A stretch of DNA of 64,000 nt from an uncultured Mycoplasmatota bacterium. GTDB lineage: Bacteria; Bacillota_I; Bacilli_A; RF39; UBA660. Where the stretch lies: NCBI GenBank assembly GCA_948329525.1, contig CAOJBM010000001.1:407-64406 (forward strand). Direction: 5' to 3'. The notes beneath the pieces were generated by a model. It saw only the letters and a list, made by a program, of their open reading frames with translations. It did no database searches and was not told where the DNA came from. Shown here one piece after another: positions 51,801 through 60,670 of the stretch; the first letter of the stretch is position 1; each line of letters starts with the position of its first letter. The translations under genes and the position numbers were made by a program.

Positions 51801-53618
51801 TTTATTTTTTCCTTGTTTTTCAATGGTTTTCACAATCTTGCTAAATTTCCTATATTTTATAAATATCTTCAAATAATTAAAATATAAGTTTGCAATTATT
51901 TTATTAGAAAATTGCTTATATAATAAACCACTCGCTACTTTATTTTCAGAATCAATACTAAAATATACTTCGTAAAATTTTCTATTTTTTAAATAATTCA
52001 TCATAATAGACATATCAAGCTCATTTTTTGTTAGTTCTAACATTTTAAATATCTTCTTTGATTCATTTTTAGTATTTAAGTTATTAAATTTTTTTAAAGA
52101 TTCTATTTTAAAAGGTGCTATTTCTTTATTTTTCATATTAATTTTTACAGGAACCTTTTTATTATTATGATAATTATGTAATCCTGTAGCACATCCATGT
52201 AATATTTCAATAGCTAGTGTTTGATCTTTAATATCCCCTTTTTCACATTTACCTTTTAAGAAATTGCTTATATAAACTTCTCTAGATAATTCATTATAAC
52301 CTAATATATCTTTCTTTTCTTTTTCAGTATATAAATCCCCTAATTTTATTCTTTCAAATGGTTTACCGCCAATAATATCACTATTTCTATATATATCAAT
52401 ATCAAAATGTTCTAATCCACCAACTTGCTCTTCTAAACTTAAATCAGTTGTACGATCTTTAATTTCTTTAGATTGATAACTATGAATTTGAATAGACATT
52501 AAAGTTCCAACTTCAATTGTTATGGATTCATGTCTAATTCTACCATTACTCTTGTAATAATCTTTAGATTCAATCCAACCCCTTCTTGAAAATCCATAAT
52601 GTAATAAATTCAAATTAACATGAGTAATAAGTTGATTATATTTGTTTTTAAAATCCAATGTACCATAAAAATTCTTTTCTCCAAACTTATTAAATTTTGG
52701 ATTTGGATTTTCTTCATAATATTTAGGTATTTCTTGATCCTTAAAAATTCTTTTGTAATCTTCTATATTAAAAATATTTAGTTCATCATTTGGAGTTAAA
52801 CAACTGCTATAAACTTCTGCATTAGTAATCTTTTTTGTTCCAGTTAATTCAGTATTTATTTTTATAAAATCACTTAATAAATCTATAAAATGATAACCTG
52901 AATGAAAAAGTTTTCCATATCCATATTTGTATGGATGATTTTCTTTTAGCATATCATGAGGCATTTCCCAGTTCCCATCACAATGAAAAATATCTACAAA
53001 AGTTATTGGCACTTGGTATTTTTGTACTGTTTCTAATAGTATCTTTTTAACATATTCATAACCCTTATGGTATTGTCTTTGACACATTACCTTGCACATA
53101 GATTCTGAATTGTTTGCTGCTTCTAAAATATCATAATATTGTTTTCTAACTTTATTGATACTTCTCATACTAGTCATATTCTTACTAACTGTAATTGGTT
53201 TATCAGTTAAAACATCAATATTATTTTCTAAAGCAAAATGAATGTACATATTATGTGCTTTTGGTTCAGTTGCAATGATAATATGTGTTATTTCTAACGT
53301 TTCACAAACGGCAAGTAAATTACTTGCTATTTCTTCTGGTAATCTTTCATTATCTTTTAAAGAATCATCTATTGTAAATGTTTTTGTGTTTTTAAATCCA
53401 TTTTCTAATAAATAGTTTTTAGCATATTCTTTCTTAGAATCTAAATCTACTAGAAGTGCTAAATCAATTTTATGTTTTTGAAAATAGTTTAAATATATTC
53501 GCTTCGCATGAGGACCTAATCCTATTAAAGCAACTACAGGTTTTCTATTAGTTTTTTTCTTTAATGGTTCTGATAACCAATTATCTAATTTAGTTTTCAT
53601 ATAATCCTGTGCATTCAT
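51786..53618 (-). CDS. Gfo/Idh/MocA-like oxidoreductase N-terminal domain protein with a ~300-aa C-terminal extension of unknown function
   Basis: N-terminal Rossmann motif PVVALIGLGPHAKRIYLNYF; 610 aa. Confidence 0.4.
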   Translation of the reverse strand: MNAQDYMKTKLDNWLSEPLKKKTNRKPVVALIGLGPHAKRIYLNYFQKHKIDLALLVDLDSKKEYAKNYLLENGFKNTKTFTIDDSLKDNERLPEEIASNLLAVCETLEITHIIIATEPKAHNMYIHFALENNIDVLTDKPITVSKNMTSMRSINKVRKQYYDILEAANNSESMCKVMCQRQYHKGYEYVKKILLETVQKYQVPITFVDIFHCDGNWEMPHDMLKENHPYKYGYGKLFHSGYHFIDLLSDFIKINTELTGTKKITNAEVYSSCLTPNDELNIFNIEDYKRIFKDQEIPKYYEENPNPKFNKFGEKNFYGTLDFKNKYNQLITHVNLNLLHYGFSRRGWIESKDYYKSNGRIRHESITIEVGTLMSIQIHSYQSKEIKDRTTDLSLEEQVGGLEHFDIDIYRNSDIIGGKPFERIKLGDLYTEKEKKDILGYNELSREVYISNFLKGKCEKGDIKDQTLAIEILHGCATGLHNYHNNKKVPVKINMKNKEIAPFKIESLKKFNNLNTKNESKKIFKMLELTKNELDMSIMMNYLKNRKFYEVYFSIDSENKVASGLLYKQFSNKIIANLYFNYLKIFIKYRKFSKIVKTIEKQGKNKIITE

Positions 53619-53730
53619 AAGATAATCCCCCTCAACTAAATAATTGTTTTCTATTATATTGAGATTATCTTAATAAGTAAAATACCAATTTTACATACCA
53701 TTATTCATTTTTGAATAGCAAACAAAAAGA

Positions 53731-54270
53731 TTATGAATGATTTTTATAATACTTTAAAATCTCATAATCTCTTCTAACAATAAATTTTGTATGATAAACA
53801 CTCTTATCACTATCGAACTTTGAAGCAATTAATTTATCTTCTGAATCCTTAATTACATTCATAGCATCATCTATATTTAACCATAATAGTTCTGATCCTT
53901 CACCTTTTTCTTGCTCAGTAAAATCAGTATGTCCTAAATCTTCTAAAACATGAGCTATATAAATATAAGAAGTTTGTTTAAAATCATCTAATGTTTTTAA
54001 TTCTTCTACTGTTCCCAAACAATCATCTATTTCTACCTTACAACCTGCCTCTTCTAAACATTCTCTTTTAAATGCTATTGTAGGATCTTCATCTTCATCA
54101 ATTCCACCACCAATAAGTTTATATTCGTTTTTTAAATTCTTATGTAAGATAGCTATTTTATTCTCATTATTAAATACAATTCCTCTAGCACCTAATCTAC
54201 ATCTTGGATTGACAAAAGGTATGCTTTCAAGTCCAAAATCTTCATCTGTTATTTTTCTTATACAAATCAT
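53731..54270 (-). CDS. NUDIX hydrolase
   Basis: Nudix box GGGIDEDEDPTIAFKRECLEEAGC. Confidence 0.7.
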   Translation of the reverse strand: MICIRKITDEDFGLESIPFVNPRCRLGARGIVFNNENKIAILHKNLKNEYKLIGGGIDEDEDPTIAFKRECLEEAGCKVEIDDCLGTVEELKTLDDFKQTSYIYIAHVLEDLGHTDFTEQEKGEGSELLWLNIDDAMNVIKDSEDKLIASKFDSDKSVYHTKFIVRRDYEILKYYKNHS

Positions 54271-54327
54271 AAAGATACCTCCAACAATAAATATTATACC
54301 TTCTTTTAAAGAAAAAAAGAATTAGTT

Positions 54328-55221
54328 TTATTTATTTTTCAAAACTAATTCTATAAATTTTTTAGTAATAAGGTTAATAGTATTTTTACTATAAATCATT
54401 CCAATATAATTTTTTGGCATTTCTATATCTAATATTAAAGGTACTAAATCAAAAGTTTCTACTTCTTCTTTAACAAAATATCCTATATATTCATTCTCTT
54501 TTACAAAGTCTGCCATTAATTTACTATCTGGCATTTCTATATTAGGATCTAAATTTATATTTAATGGTGTTAATATTTCATCTAGCATTTGCCTTCTTCT
54601 TGAAGCTCCAGATATAACTAATTTATATTTTGCTAAATCATTTAAACTTTTAATCTTTGCTCCATATTTATTATAAAACTCTTTAGAACAAGCAAAACAA
54701 GTATCAAAATTACCTATTTGTTTAATTTCCATATTGTCTTTTTCAGTAAAATTCATATTTGGAACATAGTCAATTAATACATCAATTTTATGATTTAATA
54801 AATAATTATTTAAATTACTAGCACTATCAGTTACAATTTTTATCTTAACATTAGGATATTGTCTATTAAAAATTGAAAGATATTCAGATAATCTATTATC
54901 TGCAATATTTCTTGTTGTTCCAATAGTTAATTTACCTACTAATTCATCAGAATCATTTAAATTATTTTTATTATAATCATTAAACACACTAAACATTGTA
55001 TCTAATTGTTTATAGAGTTCTTCTCCATCATTAGTTAATTCAATTCCTTTATTGTTTCTATTAACTAACTTCATTTTCATAGTATCTTCCAAAAGTTTTA
55101 CATTTCTACTAAGTGATGGTTGTGATACATTATAATTTTCTGCAGCTCTTGAAAAACTTTTACTTTTAGCAACAATATAAAAATCGTATAACAATGAAAG
55201 ATTATTTCTTAAATCATACAT
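54328..55221 (-). CDS. LysR-family transcriptional regulator
   Basis: N-terminal HTH FYIVAKSKSFSRAAENYNVSQPSLSRNVKLLE plus a substrate-binding domain. Confidence 0.8.
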   Translation of the reverse strand: MYDLRNNLSLLYDFYIVAKSKSFSRAAENYNVSQPSLSRNVKLLEDTMKMKLVNRNNKGIELTNDGEELYKQLDTMFSVFNDYNKNNLNDSDELVGKLTIGTTRNIADNRLSEYLSIFNRQYPNVKIKIVTDSASNLNNYLLNHKIDVLIDYVPNMNFTEKDNMEIKQIGNFDTCFACSKEFYNKYGAKIKSLNDLAKYKLVISGASRRRQMLDEILTPLNINLDPNIEMPDSKLMADFVKENEYIGYFVKEEVETFDLVPLILDIEMPKNYIGMIYSKNTINLITKKFIELVLKNK

Positions 55222-55305
55222 AAGAACACCCCTTTGAAATTGACATTATATTATCACAAATATAAATAACTGTCAACATTAGATATTTATATTTGAATAG
55301 TAATT

Positions 55306-55345
55306 TGTAAAAAAAAATAGATATTTTACCTTAAATTATCTATTT
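55306..55345 (-). terminator. Rho-independent terminator closing the DGR-target operon
   Basis: 9-bp stem AAATAGATA...TATCTATTT (55315-55345), followed on the minus strand by a U9 run (plus A9 at 55308-55316). Confidence 0.5.
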
Positions 55346-55372
55346 TTAATTTTTTGCAATTTCACAGTTTCA

Positions 55373-57019
55373 TTATCTTGATCTACCTTTAGTCTCATTT
55401 ACAATTTCATAAGAATATAATCTATCCAGTTGTTCCTCAGTAATATTAATTACCTTTCCACCCTTAGGATTAATTTTTTCACCACCAAATACAATCCAAA
55501 TTGCATCAATTGACATATCAGGCATAGAAGCTTCTCCATCAGTAAAAATTATTTTATTTTCAACTCTTCTGGAAAAAGCATTGACCGCAACATCAAAGTC
55601 AGTTCCGCCACCACCTTCAAATGTCATGTTTTCAATATCTTCTTCAGTTCTTATCTCATGAAAGCCATAGAACTCTGTATCAAAACATCCTACTTTTAAT
55701 CTGGAATGTTGTAATATATTTTTACATTCTCTCAAAAAGTTCTTTAATAAAACTTCATTGATTGAACCACTTGTATCTAATACTATTTCTGTTTCTGGCA
55801 TAGGTTGTTCTTCCAAATTAGCTACAACAATCCCATCTTCTATAGAGGCATTTTTATATGACCAATCAACATCATATTTAATTGCTTCTCTTAAAACATA
55901 TCTCCAATCAATGAGTGGTTTTGCAGTTCCTATATCTTCAATTGTTCTAATATCTCTATTAGTTGATGTTCCTGCTGTAGATGCTTGTTTTGCTATTGCT
56001 TGCTTTAATTCTTCAAGTTGTTTTTTCTTATCTTCACGATTTTTCTTAAAAGCATCTTTCTCTCCCATCTCTTCTAATTCTTCTTGTTTCTTTTCAAGTT
56101 CACTTTTAGTTTTTTCTTGTTTATCTTTTTGTTTATTTAGTATTTTATCTAATAAACTTTCTTTTTTATCAGAGGATTTACTTTGCTCTTCTTTATGTTT
56201 TTTTACTGCCTCTTCCCATAAACTGTGAGTATCATGTCCAACATCTCTTTTTGAAGAATCTTGTTCTTCTTGTTGCTCAGAATCTGAACTTCCTCCACTG
56301 CTTTGTTGATTCTGTTGCGCATTTTGATCTTGATTTTGAGAACTATTACTTCCAGAACTACTTTGATTTTTAGAATCACTTTGCTGTTCATCGCTACCGC
56401 CTTGACTTTCGCTAGAACTTTGTTGTTCATTTTGACTATTTCCTTGCTCCTGACTTCCAGATTGACTTTGATGCTCAGAATCTCCTTTTTGAGTCTGTTC
56501 TTGACTAGATTCTCCGCTGCTAGAATCACTTTGACTTTGACTTTGACTTTGATTTTGATTTTGATTTTGGTCTTGATTTTGACTATTACCTTGTCCATTT
56601 TGTTTTTGCTGTTGCTGTTTTTGTTGTTTTTCTTGTAATAGTTTTTCATATAATTGTTCAGCATCATAATTAATAGCTTCTGCCATATCAACACCACCAG
56701 GAGCTAATTTCAAACCATCTTTTTTTAAAAATTGATTAATTACTCCATCAGTCGCGATATTCCATAATTCTGGATCTTTACCTTCGCTCCTTAATATATG
56801 ATTAAATGCAATATGACATACTTCATGAGCAAATATAAATGTTTGTTCATCACGACCTAATCCTTCCAAATATTTAGGATTATAATATATTGTTTTTCCA
56901 TCAGTACCTGCAGTTGGTATTCCCATATTTTCTTTATAATCAATACTTGCTACCACACTACCAAAAAAAGGATATTTAACAAGCATTTTTCTCTTTAAAG
57001 CTTCTATATCGTATTTCAT
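55373..57019 (-). CDS. vWA-domain protein with N-terminal HExxH metallopeptidase-like domain (DUF2201-type). The two domains are joined by a Gln/Asn/Ser-rich disordered linker. Partner of the AAA+ ATPase
   Basis: N-terminal AHEVCHIAFNH (HExxH); C-terminal MIDAS motif VLDTSGS and FEGGGGTDF; central QQKQQQQKQNGQGNSQNQDQNQNQNQSQSQSQS low-complexity linker. Confidence 0.75.
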   Translation of the reverse strand: MKYDIEALKRKMLVKYPFFGSVVASIDYKENMGIPTAGTDGKTIYYNPKYLEGLGRDEQTFIFAHEVCHIAFNHILRSEGKDPELWNIATDGVINQFLKKDGLKLAPGGVDMAEAINYDAEQLYEKLLQEKQQKQQQQKQNGQGNSQNQDQNQNQNQSQSQSQSDSSSGESSQEQTQKGDSEHQSQSGSQEQGNSQNEQQSSSESQGGSDEQQSDSKNQSSSGSNSSQNQDQNAQQNQQSSGGSSDSEQQEEQDSSKRDVGHDTHSLWEEAVKKHKEEQSKSSDKKESLLDKILNKQKDKQEKTKSELEKKQEELEEMGEKDAFKKNREDKKKQLEELKQAIAKQASTAGTSTNRDIRTIEDIGTAKPLIDWRYVLREAIKYDVDWSYKNASIEDGIVVANLEEQPMPETEIVLDTSGSINEVLLKNFLRECKNILQHSRLKVGCFDTEFYGFHEIRTEEDIENMTFEGGGGTDFDVAVNAFSRRVENKIIFTDGEASMPDMSIDAIWIVFGGEKINPKGGKVINITEEQLDRLYSYEIVNETKGRSR

Positions 57020-57029
57020 AATTTATACC

Positions 57030-57422
57030 TCATATTTGTGCAACTAATGAGTATATTTCTTCGTTTATTTTATCCTTATTAATTTCGTTAGCAGTTACAA
57101 TAATAACACAACTTTTTGGTAATTCAAAAGTAGATATTTTTCTATGTTCTAATAATTCGCAAAACTTTAGTTGTTCTTCTTTTGAAATAGTATCAATCTT
57201 ATCTATTATCAAAAATTTGCTTTCATTAGTTTGAGTTATTTCACTAAGCCATTTAGGTGGCATAAAATCTATTCCATCATAATGACCATTTAATTCTTTA
57301 TTATCAATATTAGCAGGTATTACAACTGCACCTTTGACATCTTTTCCAGAGATAAAATCAACTAATATGGGTGCAACATTCGCTCTTATATATGACATTA
57401 ATAATTCTTGTCTTTTTTCCAT
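57030..57422 (-). CDS. Small protein resembling a degenerate AAA+ segment (sensor-1/lid region); coupled to the AAA+ gene by a TAATG overlap
   Basis: LLEHRKISTFELPKSCVIIVTANEINKDKINEEIYSL resembles the AAA_5 sensor-1/arginine-finger region (IVAAGN...LFNRF in the upstream protein). Confidence 0.4.
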   Translation of the reverse strand: MEKRQELLMSYIRANVAPILVDFISGKDVKGAVVIPANIDNKELNGHYDGIDFMPPKWLSEITQTNESKFLIIDKIDTISKEEQLKFCELLEHRKISTFELPKSCVIIVTANEINKDKINEEIYSLVAQI

Positions 57423-59350
57423 TATCTTTTTATACCTCCTCTTGGCATATCAGCAAGCTTTGCTTCTGCAATTCTTTCTAATCTTTCCTCATCGCCATGT
57501 GTCCATAAAGCATCAAATATTGCTCCAAATTCTGCACCTAAACCTGTTACAAAACCTCTTACTTTTTCAAGATTATCTTCATCTACTTGTGATAATCCCA
57601 TAGTTGTAGCATATCTTTCTGCAGTATTTAATGCTTGTATGTCTTTATCAGTATAAGTTCCATTAATAACATCATCTAATGTTATAACTTGTTGATTACA
57701 GAATTGTACGAATTCTCTTGTTATATCTTCCCCAACTAATGCTCTTAACATTTCTGGACTACCTGTTGCATATAGCATTTTAGAAGCCATTTCCCACTTT
57801 CTTGGATCTGCATTAGGTTTTTCACCATCATACTTACTTCTTAATGTTTCGCCTTTCTTATAAGCAATATAAGAATAGATAGCAGGATGTATATTATTTT
57901 CACTTGCCCATTTTAACCAACTTTCAGTTGTTGTTTTTATATATACATGAGCAAATCTATTAAATAATGGCTCTGCTAATTGATTTGCAGCTAGTGAATC
58001 TTTCATATCATTTCCTGCTGCAACAATTCTAGCATTATCTGGTAATTTCCAAATACCATTAACTTCTCTATCTAAGACTATATTAAATGCAATACCTTGA
58101 ATACTAGGAAGAGCATTTGTTATTTCATCTAAAAATACAATATGGTATCTATCTGGTTCTTTTTCGCATTTTTCTTGTAATTTTTTTAGCCAAGTTGGAG
58201 GAACATCCATCATTTCTCCTGTTGCTTGATTGTAAACACTTTTACCATTCAAACTTTCTGGTGTTGCATTACGAAGATAAATTATTTCACAAGTTGGATC
58301 TATTTGTTTTACCCTTGCACTCTTACCTTCACTAGATTGACCATGCAAAAATACTGCTACACCGCTTTCTATTGCCCCTTTAATGATTTCTTCTTCACTT
58401 ACTTGTCCAAAATTTAGTCCATAAGGATTTCTTCTTTTCTCAGCTCTTTTTTGTTCTTCTTCATATTCTTTCTTTTCTTCTGGTGTCATATCTTCAACAC
58501 GAGTGAAAGTTGCAGTTTGAGTTAAATCCCTGAGCATATGTTTATCAAGATATTCTTTCATATCAGTTGTTGAAAAATCTCCATTATAACTTCTATCTTT
58601 TGTATGAAATCTTATTCCTGCTAATAGTCCTCTTTTTGATACTAGAGTTTGAGTTTTATCATCTATCAACCATTTGACAGGTGATACTTCTACCCAAACA
58701 TAATCTCCATTCCTATATGATTCTCCATTTGATAATTTAAAACTATTGCTTCCATAATCAGAATTAGCTCTAATGCGAATGTATCTTTTTCCATTATAAT
58801 CATATTCCTCATATGTTACTGGTTGAAAATATTGATCATAATCATCATACTCTGTTTTATCAAAAGTATAATTTCTACCTGTTTGTCGTAAATTTCCATT
58901 TTTGTATTCATTTTCCAATCTTCTTTGAACATCTGAATCAGGTGCATATTGAGGGTATTCACCATATTCAACTTCTTCTGTTCCATTGTATCCCCTCACT
59001 CTGTTCGGGGAGATTTGAGAGAAAATGAAAGATGATAGCAAAGCTGGGCGGACGGCGCCAGAGCGTCTATATCTATAAATGATAAACCTAGAACCATCGT
59101 TACTTACGCCGCGAACATCCCCATCGCCATCAGAAGATCTAGTATAAACCCATCCTGTTCTTCCCTTTAAACTATTATCATCTGGTGCCATGTAAGAACA
59201 ACTATCCTCACAATATCCACCTGTTAATATTACTAAATCAGTAATAGCAGACCTAGTCCCATATTTTTCTAAAACATCTAATTGTCTGCCACCATTAACT
59301 CCCCAAACTTCTTGTTCAGAAAGTAAAGTTAATTCCTTATCGAAATTCAT
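57422..59350 (-). CDS. DGR target protein. It has an N-terminal mini C-type-lectin/FGE-like variable domain (VR at aa ~73-105) fused to a MoxR/AAA_5-type AAA+ ATPase
   Basis: N-terminus KELTLLSEQEVWGVNGG...GRTGWVYT...DVRGVSNDGSRFIIYRYRRSGAVRPAL matches the FGE/CLec pattern (RLPTEAEWEYAARGG, NVWEWT, RVLRGGSW..GFRV). AAA motifs: Walker A HGQSSEGKS, Walker B HIVFLDEITNA, sensor-1 IVAAGN, Arg finger LFNRF. Confidence 0.8.
   Translation of the reverse strand: MNFDKELTLLSEQEVWGVNGGRQLDVLEKYGTRSAITDLVILTGGYCEDSCSYMAPDDNSLKGRTGWVYTRSSDGDGDVRGVSNDGSRFIIYRYRRSGAVRPALLSSFIFSQISPNRVRGYNGTEEVEYGEYPQYAPDSDVQRRLENEYKNGNLRQTGRNYTFDKTEYDDYDQYFQPVTYEEYDYNGKRYIRIRANSDYGSNSFKLSNGESYRNGDYVWVEVSPVKWLIDDKTQTLVSKRGLLAGIRFHTKDRSYNGDFSTTDMKEYLDKHMLRDLTQTATFTRVEDMTPEEKKEYEEEQKRAEKRRNPYGLNFGQVSEEEIIKGAIESGVAVFLHGQSSEGKSARVKQIDPTCEIIYLRNATPESLNGKSVYNQATGEMMDVPPTWLKKLQEKCEKEPDRYHIVFLDEITNALPSIQGIAFNIVLDREVNGIWKLPDNARIVAAGNDMKDSLAANQLAEPLFNRFAHVYIKTTTESWLKWASENNIHPAIYSYIAYKKGETLRSKYDGEKPNADPRKWEMASKMLYATGSPEMLRALVGEDITREFVQFCNQQVITLDDVINGTYTDKDIQALNTAERYATTMGLSQVDEDNLEKVRGFVTGLGAEFGAIFDALWTHGDEERLERIAEAKLADMPRGGIKR
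59036..59135 (-). repeat. DGR variable repeat (VR), 100 bp, inside the 5' part of the target gene
   Basis: Identical to the TR at 90 of 100 positions. All 10 mismatches are where the TR has A on the coding (minus) strand: TR AAT AAA to VR AGT AAC, TAT AAC AAA to TTT ATC ATT, AAA CGC AAT to AGA CGC TCT, GAT to GCT. The 3' end is a GC-rich IMH-like segment, ggcgccgtccgcccag. Confidence 0.9.
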
Positions 59351-59439
59351 TTAAACCACCATTATTATTTTATCATATTTTCCCTGCATTTCTTCACTTT
59401 TTTTGTTAATTTTACAAATTTATTTTTGTAAAATTAACA

Positions 59440-60459
59440 TTATTTATCAATTAAGCACATTTTTTGAAAAAATTTTTCATCAGAATATAAAATATGAGCA
59501 TAAAAAGCATTTTTTCTAATATCTACATATTCTTTATCAATAATCCCTTTTGATTGGAGTTTTGATAATGTTTTTAAATGCCTTCTTAACCTCTTTTTAG
59601 AAGATAATCTTAACTTTCTTATAACTTTACCACTATTTGATAAAGTATGCCTAAAACCTAAAAAATCTATTCCATTAGATGCTATTCCTATTTGTGTTTT
59701 TTGATTCAATTCAAGATCTAGTTCATTATTGCAAACTTCATTTATTCTTTTTAAACAATGTTGCAGATATTTTTTATCGCGATGTATCAATATAAAATCA
59801 TCCATATATCTAACATAGCATTTAATTCTTAATTCTTCTTTTACTAACCTATCAATTCTATCCAAAAAGAACAATGCAAACCATTGACTTGATTGATTAC
59901 CTAATGGTAATCCCCTATCAATATTATTAGGTTGCTCCTTTATTATTTTTTCTAAAAACCACATTTCATCTTCACTAAAACCTAATTTTCGTAATTTTTC
60001 TAATAAAATATTGTGATTTACACTTGGAAAATACTTTCTTATATCACATTTCAAATAATATACTCTATTGTTATTCTCTTTAAAAAATTCTTTTTTTAAA
60101 AATTCATCTAATCTATTCATACCAAATAATGTCCCCTTACCTTTTCTACATGCAACATTATCGTATATTAATCTTTTATCAATTCTTGGTATTAATGAAT
60201 GTTCACAAAAACACATAAGTAATACCCTATCCTTATATGGCAAAGCTTCTATTAATCTCTTCTTAGGTTCATAAATAATGAATTGCTTATATTTACCAAC
60301 TTTGTATTTTTTCGTTATTATCTCATTTATTAGCTTATATATATTTTCAGACAAATTAACTTCAAATCTTATTACCTCACCTTTATGTTGCTTTGATTTT
60401 CTACATTTTTTATGTGCCTCATAAATATTTTTAAATGTAAATATATCCTCTAATTTCAT
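59440..60459 (-). CDS. DGR reverse transcriptase
   Basis: YVRYMDDFILI (YxDD) active site and the DGR-specific motif GLPLGNQSSQ, where other RTs have QGxxxSP. 340 aa, no maturase/endonuclease domain. GGAGG RBS 7 nt upstream of the ATG at 60459; the ORF-track start at 60504 adds 15 aa. Confidence 0.9.
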   Translation of the reverse strand: MKLEDIFTFKNIYEAHKKCRKSKQHKGEVIRFEVNLSENIYKLINEIITKKYKVGKYKQFIIYEPKKRLIEALPYKDRVLLMCFCEHSLIPRIDKRLIYDNVACRKGKGTLFGMNRLDEFLKKEFFKENNNRVYYLKCDIRKYFPSVNHNILLEKLRKLGFSEDEMWFLEKIIKEQPNNIDRGLPLGNQSSQWFALFFLDRIDRLVKEELRIKCYVRYMDDFILIHRDKKYLQHCLKRINEVCNNELDLELNQKTQIGIASNGIDFLGFRHTLSNSGKVIRKLRLSSKKRLRRHLKTLSKLQSKGIIDKEYVDIRKNAFYAHILYSDEKFFQKMCLIDK

Positions 60460-60670
60460 AATTGCCTCCAAAAAATAATAAAAAGCACCCCATATAACTT
60501 GCAAAGATAAATAATTATCGTTGTTTGTGTGAGTGCTTATAATTTATCCACCGCACTTTTTATAGCGGTTAGAAAAGTGGAAGATTCCTTTGCTTTAAAG
60601 TTCTGATATATTTTACATAAAATATATTTCTCTGACCTGTTTTCTAGACTTAAAATTAAATCTCTTCAAA

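Noticed and set aside
56520-56585. gactttgactttgactttgattttgattttgattttgg tandem repeat considered as a possible CRISPR or minisatellite
   Set aside because: The unit is 6 nt with no spacers and it is in-frame coding sequence (QSQSQS/NQNQNQ). It is not a CRISPR array.
56203-56697. 164-aa minus-strand ORF (Lys-rich) and plus-strand ORFs 55758-56228 and 56303-56638 inside the vWA gene
   Set aside because: Alternative-frame artefacts of the low-complexity Q/N/S linker region. The vWA frame is continuous with clear domains on both sides.
59440-60504. Retron or group II intron interpretation of the reverse transcriptase
   Set aside because: There is no maturase or endonuclease domain and no intron domain V/VI structure. 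The adenine-specific TR/VR pair and the LGNQSSQ motif assign it to DGRs.
60535-60550. TTATCCACC near-DnaA-box, and the origin-proximal gene set as evidence of oriC in the window
   Set aside because: It is a single imperfect box inside the DGR spacer. No DnaA-box cluster or dnaA gene was seen.
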